DNA of 64,000 bases from Terriglobia bacterium (GCA_965198225.1 CBDAOY010000006.1:672001-736000); one strand, 5' to 3'; numbered from the stretch's first letter, positions 10,296 to 21,253 are shown. The notes: generated from the letters alone by a model not told the origin. Program-made: numbers and translations.

Positions 10296-12395
10296 TCAAT
10301 CCTCCTCCTCCCCTTCCCCGGCAGCCTCCGCTTTCGCATGCGCGATCACCTTCTCGGCCAGGTTCGCCGGGATTTCTTCGTAATGAGCGAACGACATCGT
10401 GTAGTTGCCGTGACCGCCGGTCTTCGAGGTGAGGTCTGAGGCGTAGGTCAGCATCTCAGCCAGCGGTACCTGGGCCTTGATAACGGTGGTCTTGCCCTTC
10501 ATTTCCATGCCCTGCACGCGGCCGCGTCGGCCGTTCAGGTCGCCCATGAGGTCGCCCGCGTAATCTTCGGGCGTGTCGATGACGACGTCCATGACCGGTT
10601 CCAACAGCACCGGCTTGGCCTGCTCCATCGCCTTGCGGAATGCGAGACGGCCAGCTATCTTGAACGCCATTTCCGACGAATCCACGGTGTGGTATGAACC
10701 GTCGTACAGCGTGACTCTGAAATCGACCGTCGGGAAACCGGCCAGTGTTCCCTGCAGGCGGGCTTCCTGGATACCCTTCTCAACCGCCGGGATGTACTGT
10801 TTCGGGATTGCCCCGCCGAAGATCTCGACGACGAACTCGAAGTCCGCGCCACGGGCGAGCGGCTCAACCTTGATTTTGCAGTCTCCGAACTGTCCGTGCC
10901 CCCCCGTCTGTTTCTTGTGACGGCCCTGTACGTCGGCCCGACCACGGATCGTTTCCTGGTAGGGGACTTTCGGAGGCTTCAGGTTCACTCCGACTCCATA
11001 GCGTTTCCGCAGACGCGAAACGGCAACCTCCACGTGCATCTGACCCTGTCCCGAGATCAGGAATTGTTTCGTCTGCGGCTCCCGCTCGTAGCGCAGCCCG
11101 GGGTCTTCTTCGATGATTTTCTGGATCGCGGTCGAGATCTTTTCTTCGTCGCCACGGGACTTCGGTTCGATGGCGAACGAGATCATCGGTTCGGGCCACG
11201 TTACATCGGGATAGATGATGGGGCTGCCACCCTCCGCCAGCGTGTCTCCCGTGTGGGTGTCCTTGAACTTCGCGACCGCGGCGATGTCGCCGGTGTGAAT
11301 CTGCGGAACCTGGACGTGGTCCTTGCCTTGCATGAGCAGGACGTGTCCGATCCGTTCCGTCGACTCTCTCTTCACGTTGTAGGGATGCGTGTCCGAACTC
11401 ATCGTTCCCGAATACAACTTGAACAGAGATATCCGTCCGGTGAAGGGATCGGAGATCGTCTTGAAGACATATGCGGAAAACGGTTCGTCGTCGGACACGT
11501 TTCGCTCGACCTCGCCGCCACCTGGATCCGCTCCCTTCACCATGCCCACCTGCAGGGGATCTGGAGCGAAATCGATGAGGGAATCGAGCATTGAGGAGAC
11601 CCCTATGTTCCGTGTTCCGGACGAGTAGAATACCGGGTAGATCTCGTGCTTGAGGACCTGGGTCTTCAGCCCCGATATGAGCTCCTCGTCCGAGAGAGTT
11701 CCCTCGTCGAAGAACTTCTCCATCAACTCGTCACTGCTCTCGGCCACCAGTTCGATCAGCTTCTCCCGGTACTCCCGGCAACGGTCCGCATCGTCGTCAG
11801 GGATGTCAGTCACCGAGAATTTTCCGCTGCCGTCACCCTCGTAGATGTGGGCCTTCATGCGCGTCAGGTCCGCCACGCCCCTGAAGTTCTGTTCCGTCCC
11901 GATTGGGATCTGGACCGGGACACATGTTCTTCCGAAATCTTCCTGGATCGACGCCAGCGATTCGGCGAAGCTGGCCCGGTCCCGGTCGCACCGGTTGACG
12001 AGGACGAAGCGCGGCACCTCGAATTCATCGCAGAACTGCCATACCTTTTCCGATTGCACCTGTGCGCCGGAAACACAGTCGATGACGACGATAGCCGTGT
12101 CCGCAACACGCAGGGCTGCGCGGGCCTCCTGGATCATGTTCCCGAAGCCGGGCGTATCGAGCATGTTGATCTTGTGCTTCTTCCATTCGCAGAACGCCAG
12201 CTTGGTCGAAATCGTCATCTTGCGTTCGATTTCTTCCTCGTCGTAGTCCGTCGGCGCGTTCCCATCGTCGACGCTGCCGAGCCTGGTCGTCGCGCCGCTG
12301 GCGTAGAGGGCCGCCGAAACAAGCGACGTCTTCCCCGTACCTCCGTGTCCCACAAAACAGATGTTTCGGATCGAATGGCCATCGTAGACGTTCAC
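10296..12395 (-). CDS. fusA: elongation factor G-like protein (EF-G2)
   Basis: GHGGTGKTS, DTPG, HKKQTGGHGQFG, DGSYHTVDSSEMAF; stand-alone, not in the rpsL-rpsG operon. Confidence 0.92.
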   Translation of the reverse strand: MNVYDGHSIRNICFVGHGGTGKTSLVSAALYASGATTRLGSVDDGNAPTDYDEEEIERKMTISTKLAFCEWKKHKINMLDTPGFGNMIQEARAALRVADTAIVVIDCVSGAQVQSEKVWQFCDEFEVPRFVLVNRCDRDRASFAESLASIQEDFGRTCVPVQIPIGTEQNFRGVADLTRMKAHIYEGDGSGKFSVTDIPDDDADRCREYREKLIELVAESSDELMEKFFDEGTLSDEELISGLKTQVLKHEIYPVFYSSGTRNIGVSSMLDSLIDFAPDPLQVGMVKGADPGGGEVERNVSDDEPFSAYVFKTISDPFTGRISLFKLYSGTMSSDTHPYNVKRESTERIGHVLLMQGKDHVQVPQIHTGDIAAVAKFKDTHTGDTLAEGGSPIIYPDVTWPEPMISFAIEPKSRGDEEKISTAIQKIIEEDPGLRYEREPQTKQFLISGQGQMHVEVAVSRLRKRYGVGVNLKPPKVPYQETIRGRADVQGRHKKQTGGHGQFGDCKIKVEPLARGADFEFVVEIFGGAIPKQYIPAVEKGIQEARLQGTLAGFPTVDFRVTLYDGSYHTVDSSEMAFKIAGRLAFRKAMEQAKPVLLEPVMDVVIDTPEDYAGDLMGDLNGRRGRVQGMEMKGKTTVIKAQVPLAEMLTYASDLTSKTGGHGNYTMSFAHYEEIPANLAEKVIAHAKAEAAGEGEEED

Positions 12396-12585
12396 GAATT
12401 GCTCCTTGGATATTCGGCGTGCGGCGCTCGCAAATTCGGCGATGCCGTCAGTCTCCTACGCTCGATTTGTGCAGAAAGAGGCTTCTCTAACCGGGTAGGA
12501 ACAGCCCACGCAACGCTAAAGTCGAATTCGCAAATCTAGCACAATCATCCTTGAAAACACTACCTCCAAACAGTAGGCTCGACGC

Positions 12586-14643
12586 GTGTTGGCTCGCAGA
12601 TACCGTCTTGCCGCCCTCCTTGTCGTCGGCGTGCTGTTCGGGCCCGGCGGGCCGGCCTCGGCGGAAACTCAGGTCACGGAGTCGCAGGGGGAACCACCTT
12701 CGCCCGGGACCGTAAGACTGCCGAACGGAATCCGGCTCATTCAACTGCGACGAACGGCTCCGAGCCCGCTTGACGGATCCATCGATATCGCTTTCGGCTA
12801 CACGGTCGGCCTGCGAGATGAGGGCCCCTATACGACTGGAGTGTCGTCGATCCTGGACACCTACCTGGCAGTCTCCGTGCCGGCCAGGACCGTGGCGCTG
12901 GCAACGCACTTTGCCGGCGGACAAGTGGACTTCGTGGGTGAATTTGATCTGGTTGGGATGCGAGTGCGAGTTCCGTCGACGGCGGCTGAAGTCGTTCTGA
13001 TGGAAATCGCGGACTACTTCGCACAGGACCTGGAGGTCGACACGCTGGAGTACGCGCGCTCTCTGGCGCTGGAGAAGGCGCGGGTCGATCCTGAGGATTT
13101 TCGGAACGAAATCGGTGACGAGGTCCGCCGGACCCTGTTTGTCGACCATCCTTACCAACGCCGGCCGTTGGGGCTCGAAGACGACATCGATCGCGTGGAA
13201 GTGGCCCAGCTTCGTGCCCTGTACGCGGGCAGTTTCGGCACCGATCGTGCGTTCGTGATTTCTTCGGATCCTCTTCCGGGAGCAGCCGTGGAAGCGCTCG
13301 CCGCGGTCAAACCGCGGGCGTCGCGCAACACGGACGTCGCCGCGGCCGCTACGGTGCGTGATACTTCAGTGTTGGAGTTTCCCTCCCGACCGGTCGGAGG
13401 CGTAATACTGGCGACGGCGACCCCCAGCGTACACTTCCGCGACTGGTACGCGATGCTCCTGCTTGACGGCTTGATCCGGAGCGTCGTCTCGCCGGATGCG
13501 GTCCTCGATTTCGGTTTGGCCCTGGACCCCTTCTTTCATCAGGTAGCACTCGAGGTCGAGATCCCGCAGTACGTGGAAGACGTCCGGGACGATCTGCTGG
13601 AAAGCGTCGATCAGTTGCAGTATCGGCCGGCATCGCCGGACCTCTTGAACTCCCTCAAGAGCCGCGCACTTGGATTCCTGACTCGTCGTACGACTGAGGA
13701 GTGGTTTGCAGCCCACGACCTCTGGGACGCCCTGGATGAGGGTCGGACGGTGGTGCGGGATTTGATTGCCGACGAGCTGCGGTCTGCTGCCCGCGACTTT
13801 CTATCCGCGCGGCGCGTCATCGCGATCTGGGCGCCGGCGTTCACTGAACCGAGTGTGGAAGTCGAGAGTCTCAGCGACGTCCCCGAGATGGAACCCGTCT
13901 CCGATACCGCGATTCAGAGAGCCCCCGGCCGGGTCGACGCCCCGATGTTGGCTCCGACGGATTTGCCCGCGCCGAATCCGGTTCGGGTCGAGGGACTCGA
14001 GTCGGGAATCACGCTGGCTGCGGCGGAGCAGTACGGCGTGTTCGTTGCCGGAGGGTTCCACGAAGACTTGCCCGGGGGCAGAGCCAGTGTCGGCAGCAAC
14101 GGTGTGGCCTGGTCCTTTGACGGATCTCCAGCGGCGGATGTTTTCGAAACGCTGCGTGGAGTCCGGCCCGATCGGATACTCGTCTTCGTGCCTGAGACCG
14201 CGATGGGTTCAGAGCGCGGGCGGTTCGCAGGTTGGACGAGCGGTCAAAACGATTCCACCCGGAGTATGCCTGCCGGAAGCGTCGCGACCGGCGACATCCC
14301 CGGTCTGCTCACGTTGAAGATGTGGCTCGACGGCAAATTAATCGAAGCCGGGTGGTGGCAGCAGGTGCAGCTCCGGATCGATGGAGTCGAAGGGTCCCGC
14401 CTCTTGATCGAAACGGATGTGGAACGTGAGACGCAGGTGCGCGAATGGATTCGTGAAGTGGCGGAGGACGGAATCAGCGAGGCCGAGTTCGCGGGGGCCC
14501 GCACGGCCGCAATCGGTTACTTCGACCGCATCCGCTCCGACCTCCAGATCCTGCTCTGGCAGAGAGATCCCCGAGGGTCGATCCGTTCACCGGCCAGCGT
14601 CACATTGTCCCGTCTGAGAACGGTCGCCCGAATATACTTCTGA
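12586..14643 (+). CDS. secreted M16 peptidase-like protein (probably non-catalytic)
   Basis: RLPNGIRL, LF.DHPY.R.PLG...I..V....LR..Y; no HxxEH motif. Confidence 0.6.
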   Translation: MLARRYRLAALLVVGVLFGPGGPASAETQVTESQGEPPSPGTVRLPNGIRLIQLRRTAPSPLDGSIDIAFGYTVGLRDEGPYTTGVSSILDTYLAVSVPARTVALATHFAGGQVDFVGEFDLVGMRVRVPSTAAEVVLMEIADYFAQDLEVDTLEYARSLALEKARVDPEDFRNEIGDEVRRTLFVDHPYQRRPLGLEDDIDRVEVAQLRALYAGSFGTDRAFVISSDPLPGAAVEALAAVKPRASRNTDVAAAATVRDTSVLEFPSRPVGGVILATATPSVHFRDWYAMLLLDGLIRSVVSPDAVLDFGLALDPFFHQVALEVEIPQYVEDVRDDLLESVDQLQYRPASPDLLNSLKSRALGFLTRRTTEEWFAAHDLWDALDEGRTVVRDLIADELRSAARDFLSARRVIAIWAPAFTEPSVEVESLSDVPEMEPVSDTAIQRAPGRVDAPMLAPTDLPAPNPVRVEGLESGITLAAAEQYGVFVAGGFHEDLPGGRASVGSNGVAWSFDGSPAADVFETLRGVRPDRILVFVPETAMGSERGRFAGWTSGQNDSTRSMPAGSVATGDIPGLLTLKMWLDGKLIEAGWWQQVQLRIDGVEGSRLLIETDVERETQVREWIREVAEDGISEAEFAGARTAAIGYFDRIRSDLQILLWQRDPRGSIRSPASVTLSRLRTVARIYF

Positions 14644-14812
14644 GAAGAAGTGACAAGTGAAGAGTGAGTGGCAATTGTCGCGGTTTGGCCCCCCCCAACA
14701 GACTACTGATTGCTGACTACTCAGGCCGGAGGCCTGCCGTACCCGCGAAAGTTTTACTCGGCTATTGCGTTGCGTTATGCTGACGCCACGTTCGCCAACA
14801 TTCGGAGCACCC

Positions 14813-17053
14813 ATGATGAAGCTTCTGGCTCTTCCCGCGTTGAGCATCGTCATCCTCTTGACCGGCGTTCAGGCGCCGGCGCCCAACACACCTGCGGATG
14901 AGGCACTTATCGACGCCGCCCAGCGCAACGATCTGCCAGACCTCACCCGCGCGCTCGAGCAGGGCGCGAATGTCAACGCCGAGGCCCGCTACCGGAGGAC
15001 CGCGCTGCTGTTCGCCGCTCGCAACGCGAATCTCGATATGGTGAGGTTTCTTGTGGAGCGGGGCGCGGATGTAGCGGCTCGGGACACCTTCTACAGCAGG
15101 ACTTCTCTGAGCAGCGCGATCAGGAACGATAGCGTTCTAATGGCGCTCTACCTCGTCGAAAATGGAGTGCCGGTCGGGGCTGATGCATTGGCCTTCGCCA
15201 TGGATGCCGCAGACCCGTCATTGCTCCGGGAGGTGCTGACGCGGGGCGACATTTCCGATTCGATGCTCGCAGCCACCCGCCAGCTCCGCGGCGATGCCGC
15301 AGACACAGGGATCGCAACGATCCTGGCAGAGGCGATCGCCTCCCGCCCGGGCGCGGCCGATTCTCTGGTCACGCTTCCCGTGGTGGTGCTCCGAGGCTTC
15401 ACCGGCACATACCGCCAGGACAGCAACGCATATTTCCCGGACAGCCCCGCCCACACGGTCGTCATCGCGCTGGAAGACGATCAACTCACGGCGGCCCTGG
15501 GTCCGCGGCCAGTCCGTCTTTTCCCGACCTCGGAGCTGACCTTTGTAGCCCCGGAGATGCCCGAAGCCGATTTCCGATTCGAACTGGAAGGGAATGGTAT
15601 CGAGCGGATCTTCGTGACACGGCCGGTGCGGGCGCGGGAGGACACCACGTCTCCATACCTTCGCGTCTCAGACCGGACGATTGCGACGTCCTCGCCGTCG
15701 ACCGCGACGGCCTCCGTTGACGACCTGGCGCCGGAGCCGAGGGAAACTCCGCGTCCCTGGCCGTCATTCCGAGGACCCGGCGCTTCGGGGATCGGCGACG
15801 GGCAGGGAGCGGTCGCCGAATGGGATCTCGCCACCGGGCGGAACATCCGCTGGAAGACGCCGATACCCGGCATCGCCAATGCCAGTCCCGTCGTGTGGGG
15901 CGATCGGATCTTCGTCGCCACGGCAATCAGCGGCGCCGGCGACACGACGTTTCGTATCGGAGACTACGGGAACTCCGCGTCCGTTAACGACATGTCGGAG
16001 CACACGTTCAAACTCTATGCGCTGGACGCTCCGGACGGCCGGATCGTCTGGGAGCGGGAAGTGCATAAGGGCATCCCGAGAACGACACGCCATCCCAAGG
16101 GGAGTCACGCCGGCTCCACCCCGGTCACCGATGGCCGGCACGTGGTTGCGCTGTTCGGCACGGCCGGGTTGCTCGTCGCCTACGACATGAACGGGGAGCT
16201 GCTCTGGGAAAAGGACCTCGGACTGCTCGACAGCGGCCATTTTTACGCGCCTGCGGTGCAGTGGGGCCACAGCTCTTCACCGATCATCTACCTGGACTCC
16301 GTGATCTTACAGGTCGATCGGCAGAAGGAATCGTTCGTCGCTGCGTACGATATCCGAACGGGAACCGAGCGGTGGGGGACGAGCCGGGCTGACGAGATAC
16401 CGACGTGGGGCACACCGACGATCGCGACGGGAGCCGCGGGTGATGAACTGGTCACCAACGGTACAAAGATACGCGGATACGATCCGGAAACGGGCAAACT
16501 GCGCTGGACGCTTGCACCGAATTCCGAGGTCACGGTGGCGACGCCCGTTGCTGGACCAAATTTGGTGTACGTGACGGGCGGCTACGCCCCCACACGTCCG
16601 ATTTATGCCATCCGGCCGGGGGCGTCGGGCGACATCTCCCTGGACCGGGGCACCCGCGCCAACGAGGCTATCGCCTGGAGTTCCGATCGTGAGGGCACCT
16701 ACATACCGACACCGATCGTCTACCGGGGATTGCTCTACATGCTGAACAACAACGGCATCATCACTGTCTACGATGCTGCGACCGGTGAGAGGGTGTACCG
16801 CGCGCGCGTCGGGGAAGGCGGGTCGTTTGCTGCCTCGCTCGTCGCGGCAGACGGTCGTCTATACATCGCGAGTGAAGATGGCGATGTATATGTCGTGAAA
16901 GCAGGGCGCGAATACGTCGAAATCGCACGGAACGAGATGGACGAAGTGATCATGGCGACACCCGCCATCTCGAACGGACTCATCATCGTGCGAACGCTGG
17001 GCCACGTCTACGGAATCGCGGAGGCGCCGGGATCCGGCGATCCCCACCGATAG
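14813..17053 (+). CDS. ankyrin-repeat plus PQQ-like beta-propeller protein
   Basis: GANVNAE..Y.RTALLFAA ankyrin repeats; WPSFRGP, WKTPIPG..ASPVVWGDRIFV and STPVTDG propeller motifs. Confidence 0.85.
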   Translation: MMKLLALPALSIVILLTGVQAPAPNTPADEALIDAAQRNDLPDLTRALEQGANVNAEARYRRTALLFAARNANLDMVRFLVERGADVAARDTFYSRTSLSSAIRNDSVLMALYLVENGVPVGADALAFAMDAADPSLLREVLTRGDISDSMLAATRQLRGDAADTGIATILAEAIASRPGAADSLVTLPVVVLRGFTGTYRQDSNAYFPDSPAHTVVIALEDDQLTAALGPRPVRLFPTSELTFVAPEMPEADFRFELEGNGIERIFVTRPVRAREDTTSPYLRVSDRTIATSSPSTATASVDDLAPEPRETPRPWPSFRGPGASGIGDGQGAVAEWDLATGRNIRWKTPIPGIANASPVVWGDRIFVATAISGAGDTTFRIGDYGNSASVNDMSEHTFKLYALDAPDGRIVWEREVHKGIPRTTRHPKGSHAGSTPVTDGRHVVALFGTAGLLVAYDMNGELLWEKDLGLLDSGHFYAPAVQWGHSSSPIIYLDSVILQVDRQKESFVAAYDIRTGTERWGTSRADEIPTWGTPTIATGAAGDELVTNGTKIRGYDPETGKLRWTLAPNSEVTVATPVAGPNLVYVTGGYAPTRPIYAIRPGASGDISLDRGTRANEAIAWSSDREGTYIPTPIVYRGLLYMLNNNGIITVYDAATGERVYRARVGEGGSFAASLVAADGRLYIASEDGDVYVVKAGREYVEIARNEMDEVIMATPAISNGLIIVRTLGHVYGIAEAPGSGDPHR

Positions 17054-17115
17054 AAACTGTTCCGGCCATCGGTGGAGTTGATTCTTTGATAGCCCAACCA
17101 ATGGGAGGTGCATCC

Positions 17116-18099
17116 ATGTTTCGGCTTACGGTCCCGCTTCTCGCGTGTGTGTTCGCGTTCCAGACCCCGGCTCCCGCCCAGGACTTCGATCCCGATTACG
17201 CCGGGACCTACTCGATCGTCGCGCTCGATCCCGATACGGGCGAGCTCGGAATGGGCGTGCAAAGCAGAGCGTTCGCTGTGGGCAACCGAACGTGGACGGC
17301 CAGGGGGGGGCTGGCGGTCTTTGCGCACCAGGCGTCGTCGAATCCCTACTATGGGCGGATCGGAATGGAACTTCTGGCCGCGGGACTTTCCCCCGAGGAA
17401 GCGCTGGACAGGCTGGTGAAGAGTGACGATATGAGCGCCCGCCGCCAGGTGGCGCTCATCGACATACACGGCCGAACGGCCGCGCACACCGGTTCCGGCG
17501 CCAGCGACTGGAAGGGCCACAAATGCGGTGAAAACTATTGCGCGCAAGGCAACACGCTGGCCGGTCCCGAAGTGGTCGACGGTTTGGCGAGGACGTTCGA
17601 GGAAACCGCCGGGCAACCGCTTGCGGAGCGTCTGCTGGCGGCCCTGGATGCGGCCCAGGCCGCCGGCGGAGACGTCCGTGGGATGCAGGGCGCGTCCCTG
17701 ATCGTCGTGAAGCCGCTCGGCGGAGCAGGGCAGTATTCGGATCATGTCATCGACGTCCGGATCGACGACCATCCCGAGCCGCTGGTCGAACTCCGCCGGC
17801 TCCTGAAAATCGCCCGATCCCGCGACCGGCTGAGAACAGCCAACGAAACATTCAACGCCGGCGAACGAGCGAAGGCCCTTCAGACGGTGTTGGCGCTGCG
17901 GGACGAACTGCCGATGAAGGACAACATCTGGGTCGCGCTGGCCAGCATGTACCTCCGGATGGACCGCAAAGCCGACGCATTGGAGGCTATCCGGCGAGCT
18001 GTCGAGCTGAACCCGGCGAACAAGCGTCAACTACCGCGAAACACGAATTTCGAATCGATCAGGACCGATCCGGAATTCCTCCGCATCGTTGGTCAGTGA
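17116..18099 (+). CDS. DUF1028 Ntn-hydrolase-like protein with C-terminal TPR
   Basis: TYSIVALDP.TGELG.GVQS, RQV, AQGN.L, GGD.RG.Q and RIDDH.EP..EL.RL motifs. Confidence 0.87.
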   Translation: MFRLTVPLLACVFAFQTPAPAQDFDPDYAGTYSIVALDPDTGELGMGVQSRAFAVGNRTWTARGGLAVFAHQASSNPYYGRIGMELLAAGLSPEEALDRLVKSDDMSARRQVALIDIHGRTAAHTGSGASDWKGHKCGENYCAQGNTLAGPEVVDGLARTFEETAGQPLAERLLAALDAAQAAGGDVRGMQGASLIVVKPLGGAGQYSDHVIDVRIDDHPEPLVELRRLLKIARSRDRLRTANETFNAGERAKALQTVLALRDELPMKDNIWVALASMYLRMDRKADALEAIRRAVELNPANKRQLPRNTNFESIRTDPEFLRIVGQ

Positions 18100-18160
18100 T
18101 CAGTCTTTTCCAAGATAGCTTTTCGAGAGCGGGTTTTGGAGAAGCCTGCCTCCTAAGGAA

Positions 18161-18228
18161 GGTGTAGGTGCGGTCTATGACCGCACACTCTTCGAACCGA
18201 AACATGTGCGCTCAGAGCGCACCTACAC
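18161..18228. repeat. GTAG-type REP doublet (REPIN-like)
   Basis: GTAGGTGCGGTCTATGACCGCAC followed by an inverted variant copy. Confidence 0.8.
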
Positions 18229-18348
18229 TTCTTCGGGGACTTGACGCTGCGCCTGCTAATTCGAAGCGCTTGCTTACGGCTCCATCAGCCGTTTGACTCA
18301 ACCATGTCTTTCAGCGGTTCGAAAGACGGGCTCTCCGCGGCGTCCTGG

Positions 18349-19197
18349 CTACCGCCGGTTCGAAGCTCCCGTTCCCATCGCCTTCCTCATCGCGTTCACG
18401 GTCAGCTCGGTCCGGTATCCGATGATCTTCCGCGCGTTCGCCAGCGTCTTCTCGATGGGCAAGAGACTCACACCGTTGATCGAGAACTTGCCGGCGCGGA
18501 TGCGCTGATCGGTTCGCACGGAGTTCAGGTCGGCGGCCATCATGGTCACCGCGATGAAGTATTCGTCATGGAGGCCTTCCGATACTTCCTCGATGCCGAG
18601 TTCTTCCTGGATGAACGTCCGCATGGCTCTGTTCTGATAGTACTCGGGGATGAAGTGGATCTGGGCCGGACCGTTGCCCCACTTCGCAGTCAGTTCTTCG
18701 GCGACTTCCCCCATCGGGGTCTGATTGCCGCCGCTGTCGCCCATCACGAAAATATTGGTGAAGCCCTGGGACTTCAGGCTGTTGGCGATGTCCTTCAAGA
18801 CAGCCCGGTAGGTCTCGCCGGAGAGATACACGGTCCCTGGCGAAACGTTCTCACCTTCCGGATTGCCGGGTTCAAGCGTCACGATGGGCACGACCAGGGT
18901 GTTGCCCATTTCGCGCGCGATGGATTCGCCCATCGCACGAAGCACGTAGTTGTGCTTTCCCGTCACCAGGTACGGACCGTTCTGCTCGATACCGCCCGTG
19001 AGGATCAAAGCGTTGGTCTTTCCTTCCTTGATGTAGTCCCGGACTTCAACCATCGTCAGGTCTTCGATCCATACGGTGTCGAGGGCCTCGATCGGGTTCG
19101 GAAAGGTGTTCATATCGAGCCGCTGGGCCATTGCGGGAATCGACCCAACAACCAAAACAACGACCAGCGTCAAAGTGAGCCGCATCGTTCCTTTCAT
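18349..19197 (-). CDS. secreted creatininase-family protein
   Basis: TGGIEQNGPY..TGKHN, GDSGGNQ, EG.HD; signal peptide; CAGGAGGA RBS. Confidence 0.85.
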   Translation of the reverse strand: MKGTMRLTLTLVVVLVVGSIPAMAQRLDMNTFPNPIEALDTVWIEDLTMVEVRDYIKEGKTNALILTGGIEQNGPYLVTGKHNYVLRAMGESIAREMGNTLVVPIVTLEPGNPEGENVSPGTVYLSGETYRAVLKDIANSLKSQGFTNIFVMGDSGGNQTPMGEVAEELTAKWGNGPAQIHFIPEYYQNRAMRTFIQEELGIEEVSEGLHDEYFIAVTMMAADLNSVRTDQRIRAGKFSINGVSLLPIEKTLANARKIIGYRTELTVNAMRKAMGTGASNRR

Positions 19198-19246
19198 GGG
19201 ATCCTCCTGGAAGCTTTGGATTGGCCGCAATTGTATATTAGATGGA

Positions 19247-19867
19247 TTATTGCATCGACTTTCTCTCGGCTCCTGTCCTTATCAGCAGCTGCTCCAGCAC
19301 GTCGTAGGGCTGGGCCCCGACGACGCCCTGTCCTTCCGAAACGAAGGTCGGCACTCCGGTGACACCGTACTGGCGGGCTTTCTGCCAGTCGTCGTCTACC
19401 GCCTCCTTGAACAGCCGTTGCTCGAGCACCTCCCGAGCTTCTTCGGCGGGCAATCCGCCGGAGGTAGCCAGGTCGACGAGAACGTTCAGGTCACCAATGT
19501 TCTGTCCGCGGACAAAGTACGACCGATAAAGCCGGGTGTGGATCGCACCGAAATCTGGCTGGGAATCCGCCCATCTGGCGAGCTCCTGGGCCAACCGGGT
19601 GTTGTAGGTATGACTGCGGCGGCTGTAGGGCAGGCCTTCGGCGTCCATGAGACCCTTCATGCGCGTATGCATGGCTTCCAGGTCGTTGGCTCGCCCTCGA
19701 AACAGGTCCTCCAGCGTCTGCCCTTCGTCCGGGGTATCCGGATGCAACGGGAAGTACACCCATCGAACCTGGATATCGTAGTTTTCTTTCAGGCGTTCAA
19801 TACGCCCGGTACTGAGGTAGCACCACGGTCACACGAAATCCGTATAGACGTCCATTACAACGCTCAC
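19247..19867 (-). CDS. DsbA/FrnE-family thiol-disulfide oxidoreductase, probable selenoprotein (in-frame UGA at codon 13)
   Basis: GGAGG RBS and GTG start give MSVVMDVYTDFV-UGA-PWCYLSTGRIERL, in frame with the 19247-19759 ORF (F.LHP, GVTGVPTF, GAQP). Confidence 0.85.
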
Positions 19868-19966
19868 TCGAGGCCTCCAAACCACTCTCCCGTGACGGCG
19901 GATCTCTGCATGATCCAAAGTATATAACTGTTCAGAGCCCAAACCCGGGCCGGCGCCTGGAGACAT

Positions 19967-20153
19967 CTAGTGGCCTGTAACGGAGATATCGGTACCAGCG
20001 TTCCGCCGCAACCCTTCGGGCCGATGGGGGTTGCCGTCGATCTCTTTGTCGTTCGTCGTCATGATGAAACCGCATCAATTCCTCCTCTCTCCTCGACCTC
20101 GACTGGCAAGACCCATCGGCGATGGTGCCGATATCTCCGTTACAGGCCACTAG
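19967..20153. mobile_element. MITE / internally deleted IS remnant
   Basis: 31-bp terminal inverted repeats CTAGTGGCCTGTAACGGAGATATCGGTACCA (1 mismatch), bounded by CTAG. Confidence 0.75.
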
Positions 20154-20188
20154 CAGTTGCCACCCGTGAACGGGTGTGTGGGTGGCGA

Positions 20189-21253
20189 TCAAGGAACGGT
20201 GGGTGTGCCAGACCGCAGAGGGGAGCGTTCCAGCCAGTCGTGCGGCAGTTCGACGATCATCGCTGCACCCGGACCCGCCGGCGACTGCTCGCACACTACG
20301 ATCAGCGAGGTGGGATAGTCAAACCAGTCCAGCCCTTCCCAGTTGACCCCATTCAAGTAAGCCGGCGACAAGCGATCCAGATCGATAGGGTTTCCGACGG
20401 GTTGCCCTTCCCGGTCGAATCGCTGAAGCCAACGATGTTTGTAGTGCTTGGGGTAAGACGCATTTTCGGAAGAGAGCAACACGATGAACTCACTCTCATC
20501 CACACCTCTAGACGGGTCCGGAGCGTTCCACACCAGGTCGGGGGCGCGAAAACGCTGATCGTCCCCCTCGGCCGGTCCGGGATTCGGGACAGATAGATAA
20601 ACCGTTTCCACCGAATGGGAACTCAGTTTGACGCGTCGCTCCCCTTCGTCGAGATCGTGAATGAGAACCACCGGCAGGAACGCACCCTCCGGTCCCGGCG
20701 GCAGGAGGTAGTTCGCGGTTCCCTCATCTGCGGGATACCCTCCCTCCCAGAGCACTGCAAGCCGGGATCCTCGCCCCGGCAGGGCTGCGACCGCAAGCCC
20801 TTCCAGCCCCCGGTTTCCGAACTCCGAGAACGCCTTCGGATACTCGACCACGAGGCCTTCGCTGCCGACGAGTCCGCGTAATCTCTCCGACAGGACGACC
20901 GGCCGCCCGTCAGCCAGCACGGCGATGGATTCGGCATCGAGAACGAGACTGGCACCGGGCAGGTCGACTCGGGCCAGAGGCCACAACTCGAATACCGACG
21001 GAGCCTTCTCCGGTACGCGGAATCGGAAGTACGCCCCTGAAGCCTCGTCGTCGGCGATGAGCAGGTTGTTTTCCGTACGCGCGACTCCTGAGATGCCTTG
21101 CAGGACCTCCAGCGGCCGATCCGGCGCCTGGCAACCGAAGCAGCCGAGCGTTAGGAAGATGTTGGCCAGGAAGCTCCGCGTGAGTGCCCGGGACCCCACG
21201 CCGCACGTGAAGCTTGAAACACATCCGGTCGTATGCTGCTCATTCCGACACAT
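20189..21253 (-). CDS. hypothetical exported protein (possible beta-propeller, lipoprotein-like)
   Basis: Repeated D.E / EGL(A/D) motifs (ESIAV, GLEGLAV, NWEGLDW); start uncertain. Confidence 0.55.
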   Translation of the reverse strand: MCRNEQHTTGCVSSFTCGVGSRALTRSFLANIFLTLGCFGCQAPDRPLEVLQGISGVARTENNLLIADDEASGAYFRFRVPEKAPSVFELWPLARVDLPGASLVLDAESIAVLADGRPVVLSERLRGLVGSEGLVVEYPKAFSEFGNRGLEGLAVAALPGRGSRLAVLWEGGYPADEGTANYLLPPGPEGAFLPVVLIHDLDEGERRVKLSSHSVETVYLSVPNPGPAEGDDQRFRAPDLVWNAPDPSRGVDESEFIVLLSSENASYPKHYKHRWLQRFDREGQPVGNPIDLDRLSPAYLNGVNWEGLDWFDYPTSLIVVCEQSPAGPGAAMIVELPHDWLERSPLRSGTPTVP

